From contig CM035354.1 in NCBI GenBank assembly GCA_020137815.1, positions 8,494,001-8,558,000 on the forward strand: a DNA stretch of 64,000 nucleotides, given 5' to 3'. Source of the DNA: Hormiphora californensis (lineage: Eukaryota > Animalia > Ctenophora). Below are positions 1 to 12,175 of this stretch, one piece after another. The translations under genes and the position numbers were made by a program. Each line of letters starts with the position of its first letter. The stretch's first letter is position 1. Below the pieces are notes generated by a model, which saw only the letters and a list, made by a program, of their open reading frames with translations, was not told where the DNA came from and did not search any database.

Positions 1-402
1 GGTGGGCCAAACTGCCCCAGCTTACCATACTAAAAAAACTTACACAGTCTCCTTTCAGTTTCCTTTGGCTGGCGGGCAACGACCGGCTACGCGCGCAAAC
101 ATCTAAACCTCAGAGGCTCGCGCGTTACTGTTTCACCGAGAGGGGGAATGGGACAGTCGTTAAATTGTTATAACAGCCGATAATAGATGGGATGTTGGCA
201 AATTCAATCAAACTCTGTTGAATTAATTCTATTGCTTTTGAGTGTGTACGTTGTTTATAAACACTGTGCTTTCTATAAAAAGTTTTATATCAACAGCTAA
301 AATTTGTTAGGCTGAATAACTCGATCTATTATGTCCCTCTCGTGTAAACAAAGAACTGTGAGATGTTTGAAGCAGATGGTAAGGGATTAAATTGCAGATA
401 AC

Positions 403-1236
403 CTGTGAATCGTACTGTGAGCAGCCGGCGGCACAGGCGGTCCTGTAGGTTATTCCATCGAGACATACTGGGTCATACACATCTTCTCCAGGACATTGAT
501 CCTTACAGAGGGTTTCCACTCTTTGGGCACATCTGCGGAAATAACTTGGTCAATGATGTCCACTTAAAACGTATCTCCGACATTATCAATACAAAGCTTG
601 TATACATACAACAATCTTATCCAATTCTGTTTCCGTCCACCCTCATTTTAAAACAGGAATTAAACATGTAACACATATCAGTATTATCTTTAGAAAAACC
701 TCCATTCCGATTATCATTATATACTCACGTAGTGTTAGTTGAACTACCGATTCCGTCAAGGGAGAGGGTGGGACAGTGTATGAGTAATCCTAGCTGGGCA
801 ATAACACACGCAACTCCAATCCATGCCTGATACTTGGCACACTGGATACCATTTAACTTCCTCCACTGCAAAAAGGGTGAGAGGAAGGAATGTAGAGGGT
901 GTGATTTGTCCGGGAAGTTTATTTAGAAACAATCAGTACATATTAGTTTGCTCTAGCCAAGTTCAGATATTGATTCTTGACTACTGATGGATCAAACCAA
1001 GGTATTTGTATTATGTTTTAGTTTGTTAGATTTCTCCCTGCTTTACGCCTTTCAATGTGGTACTACGTGTGTTTGTAGGCATAATACCCAATAGCTACCT
1101 CTCAAATTAATTAACTATAGTAGGAAATAATTGAAATGTAGTGTAACAAGTATGTGGAAAATAGAGAAAGGATCTCGAATATGTGCTAAAAAGCAAAGGT
1201 GCAGGGGAGACCAGGGGGCGGGGGAGAGAGAAGAGA

Positions 1237-1280
<44 letters not shown>

Positions 1281-4200
1281 GCGAGAGAGAGAGCGAGAGA
1301 GAGAGAGAGAGAGAAAGGATGTAAAGATGCTGTGTAGTGTACGATTGTACGCGACACACTACATAAACAAAATCAAATCATGACGCTACGGTTTAAGGGT
1401 TACCAAACAAAAACAAGCTACACAAGCCATTAGAGATATCAGGGGTGAAGCAGTGTAGAGCAGCCACTCAACGTCACATCATACAATACAGTCTAGGGGT
1501 GATAGATCGTGACTCCTTATTCCTTTAACTTCTCACATATCATCGAGTTACCTGGCCTATCCGAGTTATCTAGCTTTGAGTATCCGAGTCATCCTAGTTA
1601 TCCTGACTTACTATTTTGGTTATCTAGGCTTGCTTATCCTAGCTTGACTATCCGGCTATCTCGAAAACATCAACTATCATATCCGGGCTATCCGCGATCG
1701 GGGTTATCCGGGATTTTACATACCCCCAACTGTATATTTTACCTTGACAATAATTCCACTGAAAATTATTCCTCCAGCAGCTCCCGGAACAGTTATGCCT
1801 CCAGTTATGTAGGCTGCCACAGAGCTGCTCAACCTACAAATTATGTGCACAATAATATTATGTTCATCTATATGGTCCAGAGAAATAATAATACATATAT
1901 GTATAAAGAAAATTTTGGGAACTAATTTTCAGGTTTAATTTTCCACTTCTATAGGACTAGCGCACCCATTGGGTGCGCCTCAAGTAAGGGCTTTTTGATA
2001 ACCCGCCCGGCTTCGCCGGGTGGTTCTTTTAACCCCTTTCATCGTCAATAACATGGTTGCCATGGCAACTGAATTGGTAACTCTGGGGACTGGCATGTTA
2101 AAAGTCATTCGAAAATAATAAAAAACTTCCACTGGAAGTTCCAAAAGTGTGAGCAACAGCTTTACAGCTTTGTGCACACAGAGTATTTTATGAAGGAGCA
2201 GACTGTCGCTTAGATACCGCTGAACGAACGGCCATCACTTCGACGTTCATCTCCAAATTATAATAGAGACTAGCGCACCCATTGGGTGCGCTTCAAGTAA
2301 GGGCTTTTTAATAACCCACCCGGCTTCGCCGGTAGTTCTTTTCGCCCCTTTCAACGTCAATAACACGGTTGCCATAGCAACTGAATTGGTAACTATGGGG
2401 ACTGGCATGTCAAAAGTCATTCGAAAATATTAACAAACTTCCACTGGAAGTTCCAAAAGTGTGAATAACAGCTTTACACCTTTGGGCACATTATAAATTT
2501 GTTCTATCTTTTCTTTTCTTAGATACCGCTGAACGAACGGCCACTTCGAGATTGCCATTGTAAATACCATTGTGTATATATTTTTAATTGTTTTTCCAAA
2601 TTAAAAAAAAAATATAATAGAGATAGGCCCCCAGAATGGCCTCCTAAGTTTGTCGCACGATACCTAGTATTGACCCGGGTGCTTGAACACAGAGCAAGAA
2701 AATCACATAGCAGCCCAACTATACAAAACATAAAATCCGGCTGGATTAATTATATTAAAATGGTAAACATACCCGAACTGCGATTGGACGATCTTAGAGA
2801 GCCATGCAGCGAAAGCACTAACAATGAGGGAATCTGTTATTGAACCGAGGACAACCAACACGAAAACAGGATTCGTTAGGATATTCCTCAACAGGGGCAA
2901 CATGTCTTTTAGAAGCTCCCAAAATGTCTGATCCTGGTGGAAAAATGTTAAAAAGAGTTCATGGTATGGGAGCCTTTCTTTTGATAAATATAATACTACA
3001 CAGTTAATTGTGTATGGCATTGAAGAATTTCATATTACATGCAAAACAGCGAGTATGATGCGTCACTGTTATCAAGATTTATGAGATACATATAAACAGC
3101 CTTGAATAGCCAACAAGAAATATGACTTACCTCCCTATTTTTACTTGAAACGTGCTATAGAGGAAAGATATGAGAAGAAATAACACATAATTTGGAAATG
3201 ACACAAGGGGGAAGTCACTGCCGACCCAATTCAATCCTTCATGCTATATAACAGCTAATCTCAGTTCATTACCTCTTCTTCCCCATGAGAAACTTGAATA
3301 TTCAGCTCAACCTTTTTCTGCTTCACTTCCTCACACTCAGGCAACTGCAATATGAAAATAGTGTTACGATGGGGGGGGGGGGAGAACAAGTTAAAAGATT
3401 TACACATTATTTTTGCACAATTCTTTTGTATGGTTATATGTACTAGGTCATCTAACATTGATCTGGACACGTCTATTGTAGGAGAACAGTACACGATAGA
3501 ACCAAGTAGTTTGTTCCAGAGCCTTTCTTGGACATTTTTGGTTGGACTAGCATAATTAAAGCCTTTCCCTGCTCGTTTCATAGTCTCGCAGGTCGCTGCC
3601 CCTTGATGGAAGAATAATTTGCCACAAGAAGAAAGTTGAAGTATGCTACAGCGTTTCCTCAATTGGTGATTACATGATCATCATCATCATCATCACAAAA
3701 TACTTATTATATTCCGCTTTGTAGCCTTTACTGCTAGAAGAGCACTAACTTATGCTACATCGCACACAGGCTAAACTAACGAATTTCTTGGGATCACACA
3801 CAAATTGTGTATATGCCCAGGCCATTCGAAGGAGGCTCCACTACACACAACTCGAGAAACTAACTAGAATAAATCAATAACTGATTAATGAAACTTTAAA
3901 TCTTGCGTTTAGATAATCAATAAACCCGGATTACCCGATTAGGGTGATTCGCTAAACTACATACTGCCCGTCCTGCGAAGCAGGGAGTGCTATACAAATT
4001 ACAAGCACAACCAGCAAAGATGACCATCCCCTCCCCCAGTCACGTGTGACGTTCGTAATAACTTTTTTCAGTTTTTAGCCAAGTATGGCATTTTGCGACG
4101 CCCATTAATCGGTCTGAAATTTGGTATACCGTGTCACATCGTCTAGATACACTGTAGTTTAAAAGGGAAAGTCTCGACCTTTGAAGTGATTAAAAAGTAG

Positions 4201-5111
4201 TGCTAAAACTTGATTAATTTAGAATATTTGAATTTTTGTATTTTTTGCAGTCTCTCTCTCTATCTCCTCTCACAATCGACTTACCCAGATCAATGTTGGA
4301 TGACCTAATTGAATTTGTATTAATTTACCTGTGCAGGAAAGAGTAAGAGTAACAGGCCAAAGGCGTAACCCAGTACAGCACAGATGAGGAAACCCAACCA
4401 CCAAGCGCCAACCCAGTTCGCATTATCAAGAGTCATATCGTTAGGTGGCTCCCCAAGAGTTTTCCACATTCCCAGGAAGACACCTCCCAGCACAAAGCCA
4501 GCAGCAGGAGCTACAGCACCCACGCCGTAAGAGATACCAAAATAAAGGGGAACCTTGTTTGGCGGAAACACCTCATCACAAAACGTTGTACCAGCGGTGT
4601 AGACAGGAGACGCTCCCAGTCCGATAAGGATAGAGCCCAGTGTAAGCATCACATATGCTCCATCATTACCAATCTCCTCATTCTCCTCAGAGCATATGGT
4701 CTGTGAGGTGTTAGAGTTTGCTGAACAGAGATAGACCGAACCTTCCTCGGCAGCTTCCACCTCTGAATCTGTACCGTACACAAAATGAGCGAGGGCAAAA
4801 AGAAAGGAGCCAGTGGCCATGATTAACATGCCGAGGCCGAGTGTTCGCGGTTTATGGGAACTCCCGAAATGAGACACAATAAGGACAGTCACCGCAACAG
4901 CTATATCGTAATTGCTTGGAAACATGGCAGCCTTAGCACTTGTTAATTGAAACTCTATTTGGACCGTAGTAAGAATAATGTTGAGGAACCCAGATACCAA
5001 CATGGATTGAGATACGATACATCCACACCAAAGGAAAAAATAAAAATGTGGAGTGAATATCCGCCGGTTGGAACTAGCCGTCTTGCCATCTCTTGGTTTA
5101 TCGTCGTCCAT
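403..5111 (-). CDS. Organic anion transporting polypeptide (OATP/SLCO family, MFS with Kazal-like domain); multi-exon, 3' end lies beyond the left edge
   Basis: Exons approx. 5111-4329, 3344-3273, 2933-2773, 1833-1743, 866-730 and 532-403, bounded by GT/AG. The signature NWVGAWWLGFL, the segment LLRNILTNPVFVLVVLG and the Kazal-like YDPVCLDGITYRTACAAGC are typical of OATPs. Confidence 0.9.
1225..1314. repeat. (GA)n microsatellite
   Basis: Direct reading. Similar tracts at ~5755-5870, 22521-22640, 27781-27890 and 36300-36370. Confidence 0.95.
1495..1727. mobile_element. Degenerate relative of the TATCCGAG-repeat foldback element at 6538-7743
   Basis: Repeated TATCCG(A/G)G(T/C)TATC motifs. The right end ccgggattttacataccccc resembles the 7724-7743 terminus. 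Confidence 0.55.
1956..2550 (+). mobile_element. Two tandem copies of a short Helentron/HINE-like element (family B)
   Basis: Units start ACTAGCGCACCCATTGGGTGCGC (a hairpin) and carry CCCGGCTTCGCCGG. The first unit ends TTATAATAGAGA; the second is partly deleted. A third copy is at 56265-57047. Confidence 0.65.
4005..4260 (-). mobile_element. Partial HINE family A fragment
   Basis: Reverse-complement similarity to 56060-56245 (aataacttttttcagtttttagcc, ctgaaatttggtatac, gtctagat). Confidence 0.6.
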
Positions 5112-5750
5112 ATTTGAGGTAAACTTTGACTTTTCGCATACACCCTACAAAAAACAATGGGATTTTAGAAGTTGGGGTTTGGGACTTTGGGTTGGCCGGT
5201 TGGGGTTGTAACTTGAAACTTGAAATTTAAAGCTATCAACAAAACATGACCGCCATGACAGTACAAAAGTTCGATTATTAGTTAAATAAAAACTTTAACA
5301 TAATTCAATTTAACAAAATCTACGCCCAACACAGAACACTCTAGTCTCTTCTTTCTTCAGGTCGCCGGAGTTTCGCGGACGTACCCTCTTCAATGTAGCT
5401 TAGGTATTAATGTAATATTATATGATTAGATGACTGGTTAAAATGGTCTATTACTATTTAGTGCACGAGGCCGAAGGCCGAGTGTTCTAAATACAACAAT
5501 AATGAACCGAGACCGACAGGTCGAGGTAGATCCTTTTACTTAGCTGCCGAGCCTGCGAGGCACGCTAAGTGTAACTACTGAGCGAGCCTGCGAGCTCTGT
5601 AGTTGTACTTTTGGGCCGAGCCTGCGAGGCCTAAAAGTGAAAGAATCTTTAACATTATTGTTGTGTAATAGAGCATGTAAAAGCAGTCATCTAATTTTAT
5701 TAGATGATTTTGGAAACAAACTGAGTGAACGAGATAAAGATTGAGCGAGT

Positions 5751-5854
<104 letters not shown>

Positions 5855-6537
5855 GAGAGAAAGAGAAAGAGAATGTGTGTGAGAGAGAGATAGGGAAAGA
5901 GAGAATCGAAGGCAGAGAGGGAAAGCAGATGCAGGCCGCTCATTGGGGTGGTGCCATCACGTGACGATCACGTGACCTATAGTTGCAGAGGGGAAGAAAA
6001 GATAAGGGTTAGGGCGTGTGTGACGATCACGTGACCTAGAAGAGTTGCAACATGTCGCAGAGGGAAAGAAAAGATAAGCGTGTGCTGTTGCGTGTGCAGT
6101 AGTTAGGGCGTGTGTACTGTGTAGTGACGTAATGTTCACACTGTGTGCGTGTGACTAGAAAGTGTTTAATTTTTCACATACCACTGCAGCGGTATTTTAC
6201 TTTATAATTACTAGTGTTTTTGCAGTGGTCTAAAATTTCACAGTACACTTTAACCACCGGAAACGGTGTACTGTGAAAACTTAGATAACCGGTTAAAATT
6301 GTCTAATATAGTTTAGGCCTTGACATTTCCTACCAGATAAAATTTGAATCAGCCAAAACGGTTGAGTGGTTCGGCGGTTGGAACCATTTTAGTGAATCAA
6401 CTTTTTTGGAAGCGTGTACCTGTGTACCCTAACAGGCCACCAAACACCCAGATCGTAATGTAATTTATGCATTTAATATACTACTCAATAGTGAATAAAG
6501 AGTAGAAAAAATGGTGCCAACGCACTCTCTAAACTAT

Positions 6538-7743
6538 AGGGGGTATGTATAAACCCGGATAGTCCGGATAATTGATGTTTTCGAGATATCCGGATAACCA
6601 AGCTCGGATAACTCGGATTATATCTCGGATAAGTATCCGGTTGTTTTGTACAAACTCTTTTATTTTATTTTATAAAAAACAGTCTAACCTGGCAAGTATC
6701 CGGATAACTTGGATAACTCGGATACATGTCCGGATAACTCGGATATCTATCAGGATAACTCGAATAAATGTCCGGATAACTCGAATAAATGTCTGGATAA
6801 CTCGGATAAATGTCCGGATAACTCGGATAAATGTCCGGATAACTCGGATAAATGTCCGGATAACTCGAATTTGAGCTAGAATAACTCAATCCTGGCTATA
6901 TTTAGGTCATTTTTGGGTTATCCATACCAATTCTTGTTATGTTCTAACTGCAGAGTGCACGGAAAGAGGGCCGAGCAAAGCAAATCAATTCCAAGCTATT
7001 TCTATATCATTTAGGTCACATGTAGACCATTTCTGGGCTATTTCTATGTTGGTTTGTCCAATTTGTGCGTTTTTTGGCTCTTTTCGGCACTCCATTTAAC
7101 TTTCTGTGGGGGAAGGGGGCTTTTGAGCCTTTTGAGACCTTGAAGTATCTTAATTGACCTGAATGTTTCAGAAACGCACAAAAATACAGACAGATGAACT
7201 TACAGTATTGGAATTGATTTGCCTTGCTCGACCCTCTTTCCGTGCACTCTGCAGTTAGAACATAACAAGAATTGGTATGGATAACCCAAAAATGACCTAT
7301 TTATGACCCATTTATCCGAGTTATCCAGACATTTATCCGAGTTATTCGGATAGATATCCGAATTATCCGGACATTTATCCGAGTTATCCGGAAAGATATC
7401 CGAGTTATCCGGAAATTTATCCGAGTTATCCGGACATTTATCCGAGTTATCCAGACATTTATCCGAGTTATTCGGATAGATATCCGAGTTATCCGGACAT
7501 TTATCCGAGTTATCCACACATTTATCCGAGTTATCCGGACATTTATTCGAGTTATCCGGATAGATATCCGAGTTATCCGGACATGTATCCGAGTTATCCA
7601 AGTTATCCGGATACTTATCCGAGATATCCGGATTTTAGTATCCGAGTTATCCGGAGTCCCATATCCGAGCTTGGTTATCCGGATATCTCGAAAACATCAA
7701 TTATCCGGACTATCCGGGTTATCCGGGTTTATACATACCCCCT
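6538..7743. mobile_element. Foldback non-autonomous DNA transposon with 21-bp internal tandem repeats
   Basis: TIR AGGGGGTATGTATAAACCCGGATA / TATCCGGGTTTATACATACCCCCT with a flanking TAT 3-bp duplication. Inverted arrays of CGGATAACTCGGATAAATGTC. Confidence 0.85.
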
Positions 7744-7999
7744 TATCACTTTCTTAATGAACTTTCGCAAGTGGATCGTAATGGCGCCCAAGAGCTTTCA
7801 TCTCAGCAGAGATCACTGATTCCTTTTTTTTAAATCTTCAGATTTGAAAAAATGAAACAAACAAGAATTATTTGCATTATGTATCCATAATGCTACGTTT
7901 CCCTGCCCTCTTCGATCTGCCATTCAACTCGCCCAACGAGTAAGCTGTCCGCAAAATGGGGCTATTTTGCATGTTTGTAGCGCGTGCAGCTGCAGGGGC

Positions 8000-8500
8000 G
8001 TGTGTGTGTGTCGTGTACCTCCCGTACTTCCACCCACTTGCTGTCGTTGGGGAGCAGCGTTCCCTAGATTTCACAGTTCTCTCCTCAGGTCACCAACACA
8101 CATGGCTGCCCAGAGCGCCGTGCTCGATCTCCCGGTCAGGCCCCACCAAGGTAGCGCCGGGTTTCCCCGGTACCCCCTAGTAGTGCCCTTCCATTGGAAG
8201 ACACGAGTCGACAGACGAGAACTGTTTCGATAAAGAGCATGAAGGTCACCACCAACAGCGGGCGCACTAGTACTACTGTACCAGTCTTACGGTACTGGGT
8301 TTCCCCAGAATAGGTTAAATCGCCGAACGATAGTGCGCGTTCATCTTCACCACGATGAGGCACCATTTGTGCACTACCACCTGCCTGTTTCCAGGCGTGT
8401 ACCTCTGATCGGGGTACAGTAGTAGGGTTCGGTCCATCGAGTCATCATAGCAGCTATGATCGAGTCGACCCAGGTGGCGCTGTTCTTTCTGTTTTGCCAA
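8000..8500 (-). mobile_element. Possible decayed 3' end of a LINE (RTE-like) ending in a (CA)n tail
   Basis: Minus-strand remnant STRVFQWKG..RG.P..WW resembles the C-terminus of RTE-type ORF2 and is followed by CACACACAC at ~8000-8010. Confidence 0.3.
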
Positions 8501-8681
8501 TCTAGCTGTGGGGGGCCAGTCCAAAGGCTAGTGACTTGGTTTGTATTGCGCTTTTGCTAGTTGCGGATTTGCTTCTGCCGTGATGGTTTCAACAGACTCT
8601 ACCTGATGAGATCAGGACTTTGCCAGTATGCACTTTTAAACTACCATTGGTATAGAGTCGTTTTGGTGGTAGCGCTATATT

Positions 8682-8925
8682 TTATTTGAATAGACCGGAT
8701 TTGGTGACTACATTGGTGAGTTTCCTTAGTTCTAGTGGCTCGTCTTCATTGTATATGTTTTCTTTGATGTTTTGGTACTCTTGTGTGTGTCTGAGGTGGT
8801 CAAGGTCAGGACAGTTTAGTAGTTTGTGTTTGGAGTTTTCTCTTGCCCCGCATAACTCACAGTTGGGTTTTATGGAAGGGTCTCTGTGGGAGAGGGCACT
8901 TCCCAGGCCAGGTTGTTCTGGCCCG
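8682..8925 (-). pseudogene. Non-LTR retrotransposon ORF2 C-terminal fragment (CCHC zinc knuckle)
   Basis: CELCGARENSKHKLLNCPDL matches CX2CX7HX4C followed by a stop, typical of LINE ORF2 C-termini. Confidence 0.55.
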
Positions 8926-9375
8926 ATATGGCTAGTGTCAGACTTCTCATTGTTTCCTTGTTTTTGATTGTTAGTTTTGTGTTTTCTTAAAAAAAAAAAA
9001 AAAACACAAAACACAAAACTAACAATCAAAAACAAGGAAACAATGAGAAGTCTGACACTAGCCATATCGGGCCACTCCGCGCGTTCTGAGCTGTGATTGG
9101 TGGGCGTGACTTGATTGTGCATGACTTGAACATTTCCGAGGGGCCTCATTAGGGATCCCTAAAAAAGTTCAGTATTTACACAGCGTTTACACAGTCTTTC
9201 CATTGGCAAACGTTGCTGGCCCCCGATAGTTCTGCGCCACGCGCAGCGCGGGATAAGGCAGCGCTTTTCAAGTCTTTCCACAGTTGTTACACCCAGAGCG
9301 GCGCGTGCTGCGTTTTGCGGCCTTTTCTAAGAAAATATTGGATTGTGTGCTGCACAATTGGCTCATTTCCATGCC

Positions 9376-9745
9376 AATTCGCCCTCCTATATCGACACGC
9401 CGCTCGACCAACTCTACCGAAGAAACGAGGCTAGCAAGAAGCAGTCGTACGGAAAACGTGTACGAGAAGTTGAAGGGGGTGCCTTCTCTCCGCTGGTTAT
9501 GAATACAGCAGGTGGGATAGCCAATGAGTTCCAAAAGGTGCTAAAGACTCTCTCACACCGAATCTCCACAAGAACCGGAGAACCGTACAGTGAAGTTATG
9601 GCTCACCTGAGGACGAGGCTACGATTCTCCCTCCTGAGGACCTGAGATCATGCCTTATTGCCTTAAGAGGAAATCGGAGAAAGATTGCAATCACAAGTCT
9701 AACAAATACTGAACTTGTGACCTGAGGAACAGAGGAACGAGAAGA
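9376..9745 (+). pseudogene. 3' fragment of a CRE-like (RLE) non-LTR retrotransposon
   Basis: KKQSYGKRVREVEGGAFSPLVMNTAGG...YSEVMAHLRTRLRFSLLR...LIALRG resembles the C-terminal end of the restriction-like endonuclease region of CRE-clade elements; interrupted by a stop and frameshift. Confidence 0.6.
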
Positions 9746-9823
9746 ACTTAGCATGAGGAGCCAAGGATGAATTGATTTATTGTTTCCGTTTTCTTCTCAA
9801 AAAAAAGTAAATTGAGCGCTGCG

Positions 9824-10643
9824 TAGTCAGGACCACTATTGGTGCGCGGTCGTGCCCACGGAAGGAGTGCTTGGATCATCTTGAAACCGGTTTTAAGTTC
9901 ACTAATGCATGCCCAAAAGTGTCTGTAGCCATTTGGGTGATGTTCTGACAATCCAATCACGAGTTATGACCGAAAAACAGTCAAAAAAGACGATTTAAAG
10001 TGACAAAAAGGAGGATCTGAACACAGCCCTTATATGAAGGGCTGGGGCTTTGAAACTTCTTGTGTGGACAGAGAATCGTCCAAATTTGCAGCGTCAACTT
10101 TCAGATAGTTTCTATCTTTTGTAGTTATCTAATTAGAGTCGTTTAAACATGTGAGACAACCTATATGACCCTACAAAACAGGGTGATTAGGTACTGCTTC
10201 CGTCTCATATTGCTTGCTCTCACCGCTTGTATGCTTTAATCCGCTCTCTAATTGGGCAAATCTCGTCAAGTGATCACTTCACAAGCAGTATTATAGGGCC
10301 CTTTAGCAACTTCTCACATGTTTAAACGACTCTAATTAGATAACTACAAAAGATAAAAACTATCTGAAGTTGACACTGCAAATTTGGACGATTCTCTGTC
10401 CACACAAGAAGTTTCAAAGCTCCAGCCCTTCATATAAGGGCTGTGTTCAGATCCTCCTTTTTGTCACTTTAAAACATCTTTTTTGACTGTTTTTCGGTCA
10501 TAACTCGTGATTGGATTGTCAGAACATCACCCAAATGGCTACAGACACTTTTGGGCATGCATTAGTGAACTAAAAACCGGTTTCAAGATGATCCAAGCAC
10601 TCCTTCCGTGGGCACGACCGCGCACCAATAGTGGTCCTGACTA
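9824..10643. repeat. ~340-bp-arm near-perfect palindrome (foldback MITE)
   Basis: tagtcaggaccactattggtgcgcggtcg... at 9824 is mirrored by ...cgaccgcgcaccaatagtggtcctgacta at 10643. Confidence 0.9.
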
Positions 10644-10844
10644 GCGGCGAAAAAAATTTCCGAAAACGCTGCAAATCGAGTGCGAAAGAAGCAGTCTTTA
10701 CACCCAGAGCAGCGTGGGCGCTCTGGGTGTAACGACTGTGTAAAGACTGTGTAAACGCTGTGTAAATACTGAACTTTTTTAGGGATCCCTAGGGGCCAGC
10801 GTTAAAATCTGGGTGTTTCGTGAGTGCTGACAAACGGTTTTTCA

Positions 10845-11025
10845 GGGTTAGGGCTAAAGTAGGGTTAGGGTTAGGGTTGGGGTTTGGGTTGACATTTCCT
10901 ACCAGATAAACTTTGAATTAGCCAAAACGGTTGAGTGGTTTGACGGTTATAGCCATTTTAGTGAATCAACTTTTTTGGCAGCGTGCACCTGTAAACAGGC
11001 CACCAAACACCCAGATCGTAACGGC
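10845..11025 (+). repeat. Interspersed repeat with TTAGGG-like units, related to 6320-6460
   Basis: ttgacatttcctaccagataaa...ccaaacacccagatcgtaa is shared with 6320-6460 and is preceded by gggttagggttagggtt. Confidence 0.7.
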
Positions 11026-12175
11026 GCCCTCAGGGATGGGTCGCCCTTCACAATATGATAATTTCATAGACGTGGTGTGCACACTGCACAGACGTGGTGT
11101 GCAGTGCAGTGCACACAGCAGTCAGCACTCACCAAATCATGAAAATGAACTACCGCACGTTTCGTGTGTTAAAGTCCATTTTTTTCAACTGTTCACCCCT
11201 CAACTCGTGCGCGTGCGATATTATAATTTACGCTGCGCGTGCTACACGTTAACATGTGATAAACACACAAAACAATTCCGCACACGACTTTGGGGGGTGC
11301 ATGGTGAAAGTTGATGAAATCACTGTTGGGGGTTAGATAGGTAGTTAGGTGAGAATGTCGAAAGCTAGTTAGCAAGTGTGAGTTAGCTAAGCAATGTGAG
11401 AAGTATACTGGCAGTTAGATCGTATGTATCTCAAATTATATTATGATCAAGCCTTGATCTTGTTGAGTCAACAGTGTTGACATATGTGAAACGGTAGGGC
11501 AGGGAAACACAACATTATGAATATATAATTCTTGTTAACTTTTACCCCCCCCCCCCAGTACCCCGGATTTCGCATAACAAGAATAACTGTATTATGTTTC
11601 ATAATGCTATGTTTCCCCGCCAACCTTTCATTTCTAACAAGTTCAAGTTCAAGTTGCGCGCCACCTTGCGGAATTGCGTGCCACACATTTCCTGAAAACG
11701 TCTCAATGAAGTGGTTTATGAAGGAGCAGGTTGTTGTTGTGTGTGCGGCTCTAGTTGCTATGCGTTGCCCCTCGCAACCTGAAACGGGGCAAGAGAGCTG
11801 AATTGCTACAGGTAGTCACTATTTCTGTTACAGATTTATAAACCCTATGCCTTTTTGTAAAAGGCATCCGGGTGAAAAATTTCTCTGCTCGGGTGGATTA
11901 GATGTCCACCCGGATGATCGTTTTAGCACGTGTGTTAAAAAGATCATTCAGGGTTGATATTAAAAGATTTTCATGTGGCGTTTACCACAACCTAGCGGCT
12001 AGCGTAGTATGAGGCCGAGAGTCTAATTAAACATCTCCAACATTTTGCAACCGTCAACATAATATCATCCTAAACACTAAACTTGTTTAGTAAATGATTT
12101 ATCAACAAGGGAAATATTTATCATGATGGGAACCTTCTACGAACCGATTGTTCCAGATTTGGTGTAAAATGATCA

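Larger units (their letters stand above)
9152..10789. mobile_element. Non-autonomous TIR DNA transposon (TA-flanked) carrying a CRE-like fragment and an internal palindrome
   Basis: TIR GGGATCCCTAAAAAAGTTCAGTATTTACACAGCGTTTACACAGTCTTT at both ends with TA on each side. Confidence 0.8.

Noticed and set aside
6572-7819. ORFs made of RITRINV / YPDIYPS repeats; also LLRFVV ORFs at 28657-29722 and ER/SL-repeat ORFs
   Set aside because: These are translations of tandem repeats and microsatellites, not genes.
8595-8660. Hammerhead-like CUGAUGA with a flanking gactcta/tagagtc stem
   Set aside because: The conserved GAAA is absent (UAAA), stem II is not convincing and the stem I junction is mismatched; at best a dead remnant.
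10845-10890. Telomere-like TTAGGG repeats (also 23506-23535)
   Set aside because: Only a few degenerate units, internal to interspersed repeats.
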